Shown piece after piece: positions 28,527 to 37,795 of a stretch of 47,484 nucleotides of DNA. Position 1 is the stretch's first letter; every line of letters starts with the position of its first letter. The notes under the pieces were generated by a model. The model made no database searches. It worked only from the letters and a program-made list of their open reading frames with translations, and was not told the DNA's origin. The position numbers were made by a program, and so were the translations under genes. The stretch comes from Acidobacteriota bacterium (lineage in GTDB: Bacteria > Acidobacteriota > Terriglobia > 20CM-2-55-15): positions 1 through 47,484 of the forward strand of contig JAHFTY010000006.1 in assembly GCA_023265365.1 (NCBI GenBank). Direction: 5' to 3'.

Positions 28527-29426
28527 ATGCCCACAAGCAACCGCACACTCATCTGGCTCCTCCTCGGCGGAGGAGCCTTTGTGCTTTTAGCGATCACTTT
28601 TCTGGCCGTACTGATCACGGTTGGGAGTGGGGACGCCGCGGAATTCGGGTTCAGCGATCGAGTTCAGATCGTCGATCTTGAAGGCGAAATCGTTGACTCG
28701 CGTGACGTCATTGCCCAACTCAAACGCTACGAAGACTCCAATACCGTTCGCGCCATTCTCCTGAACATCGATTCTCCAGGCGGCGGGGTGGCGGTTTCGC
28801 AGGAACTCTACACGGAAATCAAGAGGCTTCGCGAAAAGAAGGACAAGACGATCGTCGCCTACATGTCCTCAACAGGCGCTTCCGGTGCGTATTACGTCGC
28901 GTGCGCCGCCAACAAGATCGTCGCCAATCCCGGGACGGTGGTGGGCAGCATCGGCGTCATTGCCGAATGGATTAACTACGGCGATCTGATGGAATGGGCC
29001 AAGCTCAAGGAAGTGGTTTTCAAAACAGGCGAGTTCAAGGACACGGGGTCGGCGACCCGGCCCCTGACCGACAGAGAAAAGACATATTTCCAATCGCTTA
29101 TCGACGATATGTACATACAATTCGTAGAAGCGGTGGCCAAAGGCCGGGGCCTGGAAATCCAGGACGTTCGCTCGATGGCTGACGGCAGAGTCTTCACGGG
29201 AAGAGATGCCAGGGAAAAGAAGCTGGTCGATGAAATCGGGAACTTCCAGGATGCGGTCGATCTGACTGCGAAACTGGCGGGGATATCGGGAAAACCCCAT
29301 TTGATTCAGACCGGAAGGCAAAGGGTTACACTGTTGGATGTGCTGACGAGCGATCTGTCGCGGATCATGCCGTTTCAAGGCAAGGCTCTAAAATCGCAGA
29401 TTCGCTTTCAATATCTTTGGAAGTAG
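28527..29426 (+). CDS. sppA: Signal peptide peptidase SppA (S49, short form)
   Basis: Motifs IDSPGG, ASGAYY, GSIGV and DGRVFTG, with an N-terminal TM helix. Confidence 0.93.
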   Translation: MPTSNRTLIWLLLGGGAFVLLAITFLAVLITVGSGDAAEFGFSDRVQIVDLEGEIVDSRDVIAQLKRYEDSNTVRAILLNIDSPGGGVAVSQELYTEIKRLREKKDKTIVAYMSSTGASGAYYVACAANKIVANPGTVVGSIGVIAEWINYGDLMEWAKLKEVVFKTGEFKDTGSATRPLTDREKTYFQSLIDDMYIQFVEAVAKGRGLEIQDVRSMADGRVFTGRDAREKKLVDEIGNFQDAVDLTAKLAGISGKPHLIQTGRQRVTLLDVLTSDLSRIMPFQGKALKSQIRFQYLWK

Positions 29427-29487
29427 CGTGTCGCGGCGCTCGATGAGCGTCTTCAACGAATGCCGGCGGTTACGGACCGCCCTACAG
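29423..29487. repeat. Degenerate GTAG-type REP doublet
   Basis: Right unit GGCGGT-TACGG-ACCGCC-CTACAG (29465-29487). The left unit is decayed: GTAG...GGCGCTC-GAT-GAGCGTC. Same architecture as 10675-10740. Confidence 0.5.
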
Positions 29488-29500
29488 GGGTAAGGAGAAG

Positions 29501-29842
29501 ATGACAAAAGCAGACCTGGTCGAAGAAGTAGCCAAAGTGACAGAACTGACCCGAAAGGACTCCGAGGTCATTGTCGATACGTTGTTTGAAAGCGTAATCA
29601 AAGCTCTCCGAACCGGCGACAAACTCGAAGTCCGCGGATTCGGCAGTTTCCGCGTTCGACAGCGCAACGCTCGTGTGGGCCGCAACCCCAAGACCGGCGA
29701 CAAGGTTGAAGTGCCGGCAAAACGCGTCCCTTATTTCAAGCCGAGCAAAGAACTCAAGGACCTCATCAACGATGGAACCGAAGCGGCTGCGGCGCCAGCG
29801 GCACCCGTTGCAGGATCGGACGCCGGCACTCCGCCCGCGTAA
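29501..29842 (+). CDS. ihfB: Integration host factor beta / HU-family DNA-binding protein
   Basis: MTKADLVEEV, EVRGFGSF, GRNPKTG and PYFKPSKEL, in the rpsA-sppA-ihfB context. Ala/Pro-rich tail. Confidence 0.85.
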   Translation: MTKADLVEEVAKVTELTRKDSEVIVDTLFESVIKALRTGDKLEVRGFGSFRVRQRNARVGRNPKTGDKVEVPAKRVPYFKPSKELKDLINDGTEAAAAPAAPVAGSDAGTPPA

Positions 29843-29843
29843 C

Positions 29844-30332
29844 ATGGATTTCATCTGGAGTCCCTGGCGCTACACGTACATGGCGTCAGCCGGGAAGGCC
29901 GGTGATCCGGCCTCCTGCGTTTTCTGCATTGGCGAGGATTCGACCGGGGACGAAGGGCGGCTGGTTCTTCATCGCGGCCTTCACAATTTCGTCATTCTGA
30001 ACCTGTTTCCCTATACATCCGGCCATTTGATGGTGATGCCTTATGCGCACCTCCGCTCCGTTGTCCACGCCTCCGCCGACCAGACCGCCGAAATGATGGA
30101 ACTCACCAAACGCGCCATCGCGGTGTTGACGGCCGTCTACAATCCCGAAGGCTTCAACGTGGGCATGAACCTCGGACACGTTGCCGGGGCCGGCGTCCGG
30201 GATCATTTTCATCTGCACGTTGTTCCGAGATGGGCCGGCGACAGCAACTTCATGACGATCACCGGAGAGACGAGGGTTCTGCCCGAGGAGTTGTCCACGA
30301 CGTACCGGAAACTGAAAAGCAGTTTTTTATAA
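29844..30332 (+). CDS. HIT-family hydrolase (Ap4A phosphorylase-like)
   Basis: W.PWR..Y, CVFC, NLFPYTSGHLM and HFHLHVVPRW.GD.NFM. Start ATG 29844. Confidence 0.9.
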   Translation: MDFIWSPWRYTYMASAGKAGDPASCVFCIGEDSTGDEGRLVLHRGLHNFVILNLFPYTSGHLMVMPYAHLRSVVHASADQTAEMMELTKRAIAVLTAVYNPEGFNVGMNLGHVAGAGVRDHFHLHVVPRWAGDSNFMTITGETRVLPEELSTTYRKLKSSFL

Positions 30333-30782
30333 GATCTTTTTCGCCATCAGGTAGGCGTCGTTTCCATTGGAGTAGTAGTGGGGTAACAGATGCACCACTT
30401 CGAATCCGCTCTTGACATAGAAACCGACGGCATCCCGGTTGTTCACGTCGACCTGCAGTTCGCAGCGTCTGACCTCGTTGTTGCGGAGCATCTCTTCTGA
30501 AGCGTTCAACAACTGTGATCCGATTCCCCGGCGCCGATTCTCAGCGAGCACGTCCAGCGTTACAACAGTCGCGGTTCGCTTGCGGCGATGGATTTCCAGC
30601 AGGATGAATCCGGCAATCCTGCCGTCAATTTCCGCCACGAGCGTTGCGGCTCCGTCGCGGTTCATGTAGTAGGCGAGTTCCCGGGAGTCGTAAGCGATAC
30701 CTGGCTCGAAACTCGCCTTGTCGATGCTCAAAAGCGTTGGAAAATCGGTGCCGGCAGCGTGCCGGATAAGACTTTTCGACAT
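30327..30782 (-). CDS. GNAT N-acetyltransferase (RimI-like)
   Basis: Acetyl-CoA motif RRRGIGSQLL, plus LQVDVNN..AVGFY.K.GF and YYSNG.DA..M.K. Confidence 0.88.
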   Translation of the reverse strand: MSKSLIRHAAGTDFPTLLSIDKASFEPGIAYDSRELAYYMNRDGAATLVAEIDGRIAGFILLEIHRRKRTATVVTLDVLAENRRRGIGSQLLNASEEMLRNNEVRRCELQVDVNNRDAVGFYVKSGFEVVHLLPHYYSNGNDAYLMAKKIL

Positions 30783-30819
30783 TGAAGAAACCGAAGTTCG
30801 CCTTTATGATACAGCAATT

Positions 30820-31065
30820 ATGCCCCGCTGCCTTCACATCTACGCGTCGGGCTTCCAGTGTATCGATGACTCCGTCGAGGCGACAGAGTTTTGCGACGTT
30901 CATCAGAAAGTGGTCGAGTTTGAACGCCTCGAAGACTCGCCGGTCCGCAAACTGTTCTTCCGGCTGATCGCGCTTGTTCTGCTGCTGCTCTTTCTGATCC
31001 CCGTTTTCTACACCCTCCGGAACCTCTACATTGGCCCCCCGGCGAAAGCGCAGGAGGCCTGGTGA
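30820..31065 (+). CDS. Small membrane protein with an N-terminal CCCH-type zinc motif
   Basis: From ATG 30820: C-x9-C-x10-C-x2-H then one TM helix. Its stop overlaps the start of the next gene (GTGA). Confidence 0.6.
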   Translation: MPRCLHIYASGFQCIDDSVEATEFCDVHQKVVEFERLEDSPVRKLFFRLIALVLLLLFLIPVFYTLRNLYIGPPAKAQEAW

Positions 31066-31847
31066 GGCGTTTCTGGACCGCCGGCCTGCTGCTCGTGCTC
31101 GTGATGCTTGGCACCGTTTTCGCACAGCAGGAATTGAATTTTCTGGGTCGGTACGATGACGTCCGATTTATCCGTCAGGACAAAAGCGATACGAATCAGA
31201 TCGTTTTCGCGCGACTGATCTACAACGGCAGGATCCTCGGGTACTACAAAAACTGGTACACGGATTATCCCAAAGGCGACGAGCAGTTGATCATGGGGAT
31301 CAAGCGGCTGACCAATCTGAACATCGCCGATCACGAACGTGCGATTCCCCTCAACGATCCGGACCTTTTCAAGTATCCCTTCATTTATTCGAGCGAAGTC
31401 GGGCAGTTGAAGTTCAACGACCAGGACGCAGCCATCATGAGAGAGTACCTGTCGCGAGGCGGCTTCTGGATGGTGGATGACTTCTGGGGAAGCTTCGAGA
31501 TGGAGAACTTCACTCAAACGATGAAGAAGGTGCTTCCCGGCTCGGAGATCAAAGACATTCCAATGGATCACCCGGTCTTCCACCTGTTTTACGATATCGA
31601 TAAGGTCATCCAGGTTCCGAGCCTGGCGTACACGATCAACGGTGGAATCACTTATGAGCAGGATGGCTTCGTCGGGGAATGCAAGGGGATCTGGGACGAC
31701 CATGGAAGGCTCGTTGTGGTGATTAATCACAACACCGATCTTGGTGACGCCTACGAGTGGGCCGATGAGCCGAAGTACCCGAATTACTTCTCGAGTTACG
31801 CTTACCGGGTCGCCATCAACACTATTCTTTACTCACTGACGCATTGA
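31062..31847 (+). CDS. DUF4159-domain secreted protein
   Basis: Signal peptide, W.TDYP..D, LF.YPFIY, REYL.RGGF..VDDFWG and NTDLGDAYE. Confidence 0.8.
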   Translation: MRRFWTAGLLLVLVMLGTVFAQQELNFLGRYDDVRFIRQDKSDTNQIVFARLIYNGRILGYYKNWYTDYPKGDEQLIMGIKRLTNLNIADHERAIPLNDPDLFKYPFIYSSEVGQLKFNDQDAAIMREYLSRGGFWMVDDFWGSFEMENFTQTMKKVLPGSEIKDIPMDHPVFHLFYDIDKVIQVPSLAYTINGGITYEQDGFVGECKGIWDDHGRLVVVINHNTDLGDAYEWADEPKYPNYFSSYAYRVAINTILYSLTH

Positions 31848-32416
31848 TCGCCGCCATCGTTCTCGCTGCAGGAAAATCGGAAAGGATGGGCCGACCCAAA
31901 GCCCTGCTCCTTTTTGGCGGTCGGACGTTTCTCGAGAACATCCTCGATAACATTTCTGCCGCATCCGTCGAGTACACCGTTGTTGTGCTGGGGCATCATC
32001 GTGACGAAATCGTCGCCGCCGTACAGGTCGAAAACCCGGTATTTAACCCGGACTACGAACTGGGGATGACGACGTCGATGAAGGCCGGAATCCGGGCTCT
32101 GCCCGGACAGGCGAAAGGCGCGTTTGTTTTTCTGGTCGATCATCCACTCACGCGAACCACGACAATCGAGGCACTGGCTCGGCATTTTCGGCCCGGACAT
32201 ATTGTCCTTCCGACCTTCGATGGCAGGCGGGGACATCCGGTTCTCTTCTCGCGGGAGGTGCTGGAAGAGATTTTGTCCTTGCCCGCATCTCTGGGCGCAA
32301 ACACGATCGTGTGGAAGGATCCATCGCGGATTATCGAGGTTCCCGTGGAAGATGCCGGAATCCGAATCGACATCGATACGCCGGAACAGTTCAAGCAACT
32401 TCGTCGAAAGGAATGA
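31844..32416 (+). CDS. MocA/YgfJ-like nucleotidyltransferase (NTP_transf_3)
   Basis: Motifs LAAGKSERMG.PK.LL, LVDHP, GHPVLF and DIDTPE. Confidence 0.88.
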   Translation: MIAAIVLAAGKSERMGRPKALLLFGGRTFLENILDNISAASVEYTVVVLGHHRDEIVAAVQVENPVFNPDYELGMTTSMKAGIRALPGQAKGAFVFLVDHPLTRTTTIEALARHFRPGHIVLPTFDGRRGHPVLFSREVLEEILSLPASLGANTIVWKDPSRIIEVPVEDAGIRIDIDTPEQFKQLRRKE

Positions 32417-34041
32417 GGATGACCCCGTTTACCAGTTTCAGGCATGGCGATCGCCCGGCCGCGTCCGCGCAGGGAGGACGATCGCCCGTGCTCGCCATGA
32501 ACGGCATGGTCGCAACCAGCCAACCGCTCGCGTCTGCGGCCGCGCTTCGAGTACTTCAGGACGGAGGAACCGCCGCCGATGCGGCAATTACCGCGGCGGC
32601 GGTGTTGAATGTCGTCGAACCCATGATGACCGGCATCGGCGGTGATGTCTTCGCCATTGTCATGGCGAAAGGAGAGGCGGGCCCAGTCGCTCTGAACGCC
32701 AGCGGATGGTGCGGCTCGAAAGGATCCATCGATTTCTTTCAGACGAGGGGTCTTGATCAGATTCCAACTTCAGGAATGCACTCGGTCTCGATTCCCGGCG
32801 CCATCGCCGGTTGGTTCAAGCTCCACTCCAGATACGGTACGCTGCCGATTTCCCGTCTGCTCGAGCCCGCGATTGCCTATGCCGAGGAAGGATTCGCCGT
32901 CTCCGAAATCATCGCTGCGCAATGGAAACGCTCCGAGGCTTTGCTGCAACGGACCCGGGATGCGGCATCAACTTTTCTTAAAGACGGCAAGGCTCCATAT
33001 CATGGCGAGATCTTCAGAAATCCCCGTCTGGCACGATCATTAAGACTGATCGCTGAGGAGGGTCGCGACGCATTTTACAGAGGCGAACTGGCCCGGAAAC
33101 TGGTTCGGTTTTCCGAAGCGAACGACGGTTTGCTCACGGCGGCCGATTTTGAGGAGTTCGACGCCCAATGGACGGAACCCTCGCACACGAACTATCGAGG
33201 ATACGAACTATACGAAATTGGGGAGAACACCCAGGGCACCACCGCACTGGAAATGCTGAACATCCTTGAAGGATTCGACCTTAGGTCCTTCGGACACAAT
33301 ACCGCCGATCACGTCCATTTCATGGTTGAGGCGAAGAAACTCGCGTTCGCGGACCGGGATGCCTACATCTGCGATCCCCGGAAATCGAAAACGCCTCTGA
33401 GCCGGCTGATTGCGAAGGACTATGCCACCTCGCGCCGGAAAGGGATTCAGGCGCGCCATGCGATGCCCGCGGCCTTACCTGGAGTTCCGGAAGAAGGAGA
33501 CACGGTGTATCTCACCGTGGTCGACAAGGATCGAAACGTTGTTTCCTTCATTAACAGCATTTTTGGACACTTCGGCTCCGGGATGGTCGCCGGCGATACG
33601 GGAATCGTCCTGCAGAATCGCGGCTCCCTGTTTGAATTAAACCCGAACCATCCCAATCGGATCGAACCCCGGAAGCGGCCGTTCCATACATTGATTCCCG
33701 CTCTGGTACTCAGGGATGGAAAACCGTTCTTTTCATTCGGGGTGATGGGCGGAGATATGCAGCCGCAAGGCCACGCGCAGGTCCTGATCAACGTCGTCGA
33801 CTTTGGAATGGACGCTCAACAGGCCGGTGAAGCTGCGCGGTTTCGTCACTCGGTGCAGGGGTTGGCGTTGGAATCGGGGTTTGGCAGTGCGGTTCGATAT
33901 GAGCTTTCCGAGAGAGGGCATGCGGTGATCAGCTCGGTGGATGCGTTCGGAGGTTATCAGGGAATCATGATCGATCCGTCTACCGGGGTCCTGATGGGCG
34001 GCTCGGACGTCCGGAAAGACGGCCTCGCGATCGGTTGGTAA
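32413..34041 (+). CDS. ggt: Gamma-glutamyltransferase (cytoplasmic type)
   Basis: Motifs GMVATSQPLA, EPMMTGIGGD, autocleavage D-T(VY), LQNRG, KRPFHTLIP and GGDMQPQG. Start is ATG 32413 or 32419. Confidence 0.93.
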   Translation: MRMTPFTSFRHGDRPAASAQGGRSPVLAMNGMVATSQPLASAAALRVLQDGGTAADAAITAAAVLNVVEPMMTGIGGDVFAIVMAKGEAGPVALNASGWCGSKGSIDFFQTRGLDQIPTSGMHSVSIPGAIAGWFKLHSRYGTLPISRLLEPAIAYAEEGFAVSEIIAAQWKRSEALLQRTRDAASTFLKDGKAPYHGEIFRNPRLARSLRLIAEEGRDAFYRGELARKLVRFSEANDGLLTAADFEEFDAQWTEPSHTNYRGYELYEIGENTQGTTALEMLNILEGFDLRSFGHNTADHVHFMVEAKKLAFADRDAYICDPRKSKTPLSRLIAKDYATSRRKGIQARHAMPAALPGVPEEGDTVYLTVVDKDRNVVSFINSIFGHFGSGMVAGDTGIVLQNRGSLFELNPNHPNRIEPRKRPFHTLIPALVLRDGKPFFSFGVMGGDMQPQGHAQVLINVVDFGMDAQQAGEAARFRHSVQGLALESGFGSAVRYELSERGHAVISSVDAFGGYQGIMIDPSTGVLMGGSDVRKDGLAIGW

Positions 34042-34100
34042 TTCCTGTATATTATGGTTCCTGAATCATTTCTCTCACCTTTGGAGGTTGAACAAAATCA

Positions 34101-34292
34101 ATGGCATCAGGCGGTAAACTTAGTAAGACGGCACGTGCATCTCTTGGAAAAGACAAGAGCCAGATCGAACAGGGAAAGCCCTGTCCGCAGTGCACGACCC
34201 CGATGGTCGCCACGCGCGTCATCAAATCCGCGGGAATGCCGGGCGGAATGTATTGGGTTTGTCCAAAGGACGAATACCGCGTCAAGACATAA
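34101..34292 (+). CDS. Small basic zinc-ribbon-like protein
   Basis: 63 aa with a GGAGG RBS, CPQC...WVCPKD and a Lys/Arg-rich N-terminus. Confidence 0.65.
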   Translation: MASGGKLSKTARASLGKDKSQIEQGKPCPQCTTPMVATRVIKSAGMPGGMYWVCPKDEYRVKT

Positions 34293-34371
34293 ACCGGATT
34301 TTTTCGGAAAGAGCCCGCTTGTGTCAAACCTGTCATTTTGTTAAAGATATGTCGGCTCAAATTCCACTTGC

Positions 34372-34608
34372 ATGAGCAATCAACCACAGCGAGCTATGGA
34401 CTCAGATTTTCTAGACGGCATTGACGACCAGTTCCAGCGCCTGATGAAACTTCACGGCAACGGTAAACGGAATGGCCGGTCCAATGGCCGGTCCAACGGA
34501 GACGACCGGCTCATCCTGCAGATCGTCGAGAATCTTGAGGGGCTATCACGGACCCAGAAGGAACAGGTTCTCGTTTTCGTTGAATCGCTCAGACAGAAGG
34601 CTGAGTAA
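34372..34608 (+). CDS. Small hypothetical protein
   Basis: 78-aa ORF whose stop overlaps the next start (TAATG). Contains a 12-bp tandem duplication encoding NGRS-NGRS and a C-terminal helix pair. Confidence 0.55.
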   Translation: MSNQPQRAMDSDFLDGIDDQFQRLMKLHGNGKRNGRSNGRSNGDDRLILQIVENLEGLSRTQKEQVLVFVESLRQKAE

Positions 34609-34985
34609 TGGCTGACGTGCCGAAGCCGCAGTCGCGGCGGCTCGTCCTTTTGGTTTGGATCCTGGTCGCCATCTTCTATTTCTACCTCTCGTTCGATTAC
34701 ATCCGCGTTTCCACAAAAGACCGAAACCTGGGCGAATATCTGGATTACGTCATCCAACTCGCTGCGAACGAACACCGGCCGGCCAAAGAAATCCGGGACC
34801 TGATTCTCGTTAAAGGGGAAGAACTCGGGCTTCCGCTCTCCGGCGATCAGGTGGTGATTCGGGGGAGCGGGCAGACGCTCAATGTCATCATCGAGTACAC
34901 CGCGGATATCGAGATCCCGATATTTGAGCGTGTGATCTACCGGAAGAAGTTCCACCACGAAGTGAAGTACCACTCGCCCGGGTGA
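34608..34985 (+). CDS. Single-pass membrane hypothetical protein
   Basis: N-terminal TM helix (LVLLVWILVAIFYFYL) followed by an alpha/beta domain of about 95 aa. Confidence 0.65.
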   Translation: MADVPKPQSRRLVLLVWILVAIFYFYLSFDYIRVSTKDRNLGEYLDYVIQLAANEHRPAKEIRDLILVKGEELGLPLSGDQVVIRGSGQTLNVIIEYTADIEIPIFERVIYRKKFHHEVKYHSPG

Positions 34986-35002
34986 TTCCGGATTCCGGGA
35001 TC

Positions 35003-35467
35003 TTACTTTTCGCCCAGCGCGGCAAACACTTCCTTATAGATGCGGTACATCGCCTGGAACTCCGTCCAGGACTTCTTCAGGATCGCCGTGAAGTTCGGAA
35101 GGTCGGTCGTATTGACTACCAGTCGAACGCTCTGGCCGAATGCCTGCATGGCGTCGAGCGTTTTAAACCCGCTGCCGATCAGCACCACCATGGAATATCG
35201 CCGTTGCGCCATGGACAGGGGCGACAGATAGTTCAGAACGGCGTTCGATTTAAGTGAGCTGCCGGCGAAGTTGTCCTGAATCACGATGATGTCGTACGGA
35301 TTGTAACGCGTCCGTTCGATGGCAATCTCGCCGGTTTCGGCGGTGTGGAATTTGAAGTTCAGATCCCGCAGGGTTGCCCGCACGACTTCTCCGACATTGG
35401 GATCCGTGCAGATAAGCGAAGTCAGGTCGCCGACTTCAAAGAAATCCATTTTTTCGGTAGAGCTCAT
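35003..35467 (-). CDS. Hypothetical protein with a degenerate receiver-like fold, co-transcribed with the PilT/PilU genes
   Basis: 4-bp overlap with the upstream ATPase gene. Beta-alpha pattern (SLICTD..., YDIIVIQD) and motifs RRYSMVVLIG..FKTLD.MQAF. Confidence 0.65.
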   Translation of the reverse strand: MSSTEKMDFFEVGDLTSLICTDPNVGEVVRATLRDLNFKFHTAETGEIAIERTRYNPYDIIVIQDNFAGSSLKSNAVLNYLSPLSMAQRRYSMVVLIGSGFKTLDAMQAFGQSVRLVVNTTDLPNFTAILKKSWTEFQAMYRIYKEVFAALGEK

Positions 35468-36630
35468 TTTTTCTTCCCGTAATCCGAGTCCAGACTGAGA
35501 CCGGTGAGCGTTGTGGTGGACTGACCCCTCAGTTTCTTGATTTTGTCGATGCCGCGAGACATGACGCCCTTGTTTGAGCAGTAGAGAAGAGCGGTCTCTT
35601 CGGTGATCTGTTCGTGTTCGTAAAGTTCCATGATCGCCATATCAAAGGTCTTCCAACCGAAGGTCGACGACGCTTCGATGATTTCGTAAAACGTTTTGCC
35701 CTCGGACTCGCCGTGCTCGATGCAGTCCTTCACGCGCAGGTTGCTTCCCATGATTTCGAGCGCGGCCACGCGTCCTCCGCCGACTTTGGGCAGGAGCCGC
35801 TGAGAAACGACCCAACGAAGCGTTTCGGCGAGGCGGATCCGGATCTGTTTTTCTTCCGACTGATCGAACATGCCCACGATACGGTTGATCGTCTGTCCGG
35901 CATTGATCGTGTGCAGCGTGCTCATGACGAGGTGACCCGTCTCTGCCGCCGACATGCCGATTTCGACCGTCTCGCGGTCCCGCATTTCGCCGACCAGAAT
36001 GATCTTCGGCGCCTGCCGTAACGCGGCGCGAAGGCCGGATGCGAAGGAGACGAAGTCGTTACCCATTTCGCGCTGATTGAAGGTCGCCTTTTTCTGCGGG
36101 TGAACGAACTCGACCGGATCTTCGAGGGTGACGATATGGATCGACTTCGTGAGATTCAACTCGTTGAGCAGTGCAGCCAGGGTCGTCGATTTACCGGAAC
36201 CCGTGGCGCCGGTGACGAGCACAAGGCCCGTTTTTTCCTTCGCGATCGTGCCGAACACGGCCGGCATGTTCATCTGCTCGAGGGTCGGGATCTCGGTTGA
36301 GAGTCTTCTCAGAATGATGGTGTAGTGGCCCCGCTGCGTGAAAATATTCACGCGGAAACGGGCTTTCTGCCCGAGCGAGTAGGAGCAGTCGCAGGAGCCG
36401 TTCTTCAACAGGTCTTCGGTGAGACGGCGGTTGTTATTGATGATGGTCATCGCGATCGTCTCTGTCTGGAACGGCGTCAGCCGTTCGACCGCAGGTTCGA
36501 TGGCGACCAAAACGAGTTCACCGGACGACTCCACCTGGAGCGGCTTGTCGGCAGTGATATTCAGATCCGACACGTTCTTGTGCGAATCGAGCATCGTGCC
36601 GAGGATGTAATCGAGTTCTGCCTTGGTCAT
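35464..36630 (-). CDS. PilT/PilU-family type IV pilus retraction ATPase (second paralog)
   Basis: Motifs GATGSGKSTT, TLEDPVE, ALRQAPKIILVGEMRD and GHLVMSTLHT. Confidence 0.93.
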   Translation of the reverse strand: MTKAELDYILGTMLDSHKNVSDLNITADKPLQVESSGELVLVAIEPAVERLTPFQTETIAMTIINNNRRLTEDLLKNGSCDCSYSLGQKARFRVNIFTQRGHYTIILRRLSTEIPTLEQMNMPAVFGTIAKEKTGLVLVTGATGSGKSTTLAALLNELNLTKSIHIVTLEDPVEFVHPQKKATFNQREMGNDFVSFASGLRAALRQAPKIILVGEMRDRETVEIGMSAAETGHLVMSTLHTINAGQTINRIVGMFDQSEEKQIRIRLAETLRWVVSQRLLPKVGGGRVAALEIMGSNLRVKDCIEHGESEGKTFYEIIEASSTFGWKTFDMAIMELYEHEQITEETALLYCSNKGVMSRGIDKIKKLRGQSTTTLTGLSLDSDYGKKK

Positions 36631-36681
36631 TGTCCTTTACCTTAGATCCGCAATTTCGAGATTCGAGATCCTCAAATCCCC

Positions 36682-37758
36682 CTATTCCCACTCTTCAGGC
36701 GGGTTTTTCAGGAACGGTCTGAACTTGTTCTTGTCGATGCATCGGGTATAGGCATCTTCTGCGCTGATCATCTTCTTGTTCAGCGCATCCATGATCGCGT
36801 CGTCGAGCGTCTGCATTCCGTACTTCTTGCCCACCTGCAACATGCCCGGAATCTGGAACGTCTTCGCTTCACGGATCAGGTTGGCGATCGCCGGCGTCAC
36901 CACCAGAATTTCCAGCGCGGCCATTCGGCCTTTGACATCGATGCGCTTGAAGAGGTTTTGCGCGACGACGCCCTTCAACGCTTCGGAAAGTGTGTTGCGA
37001 ATCTGGTTCTGCTGCGCGGCCGGAAATACGTCAATGACACGGTCAATGGTCTTGGCGGCGCTGGGCGTATGCAACGTGCCGAACACCAGATGTCCGGTGG
37101 CTGCGGCCGTGATCGCGAGTTCGATCGTTTCCAGATCGCGCATTTCGCCGACGAGGATGATGTCCGGGTCTTCGCGGAGCGCTCCGCGGAGCGCGGATGA
37201 GAACGATTTTGTGTGGAGTCCGACCTCGCGGTGGTTCACAAGGCAGCTTTGGCTCTGGTGAACGAATTCAATGGGATCTTCAACCGTGATGATGTGATCC
37301 TGCCGCGTCTTGTTGGCATGGTCGACAATCGCCGCCAGGGTCGTCGATTTGCCGGATCCGGTCGGACCCGTCACCAGCACGAGGCCCTTCTTCAGGGCGG
37401 CAAACTTCCGCATGATCGGCGGCAGTCCAAGTTGATCGCACGTCAGGACCTTCGATGGAATTTCGCGGAACACCGCCGCGCATCCGTACTTTTGATTGAA
37501 GAAGTTGGCGCGGTAACGCGCGACTCCTGGAATTTCGTAGCCGAAGTCCACGTCGCCGGTTTCTTCAAAAACCTTCACCTTGTATTCCGGCGCGATCTCG
37601 TAAAGCATCTCCTTGAGTTTGTCGTTCTCGAGAGCCGGAAACGTCAGACGCTCCAGTTCTCCACGGACCCTGACGATCGGCTGCGATCCCGAAGCCAGGT
37701 GCAAGTCCGAAGCACCGTGCTCGTGCATGAAATTGAAAAACGCGTCTAGTTGCGCCAT
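36682..37758 (-). CDS. pilT: Twitching-motility retraction ATPase PilT
   Basis: Motifs ASDLHL, GPTGSGKSTT, ALREDPDIILVGEMRD, AIANLIRE and GMQTLD, with a GGAGGAG RBS before ATG 37758. Confidence 0.93.
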   Translation of the reverse strand: MAQLDAFFNFMHEHGASDLHLASGSQPIVRVRGELERLTFPALENDKLKEMLYEIAPEYKVKVFEETGDVDFGYEIPGVARYRANFFNQKYGCAAVFREIPSKVLTCDQLGLPPIMRKFAALKKGLVLVTGPTGSGKSTTLAAIVDHANKTRQDHIITVEDPIEFVHQSQSCLVNHREVGLHTKSFSSALRGALREDPDIILVGEMRDLETIELAITAAATGHLVFGTLHTPSAAKTIDRVIDVFPAAQQNQIRNTLSEALKGVVAQNLFKRIDVKGRMAALEILVVTPAIANLIREAKTFQIPGMLQVGKKYGMQTLDDAIMDALNKKMISAEDAYTRCIDKNKFRPFLKNPPEEWE

Positions 37759-37795
37759 GTCTCCTCCGGTCGGGCTATTATATATACCGGCCTTT

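Noticed and set aside
34983-35002. TGA after ...HSPG as another Sec codon
   Set aside because: No redox context, the following sequence is a heptamer patch running into a convergent gene, and there is no convincing hairpin.
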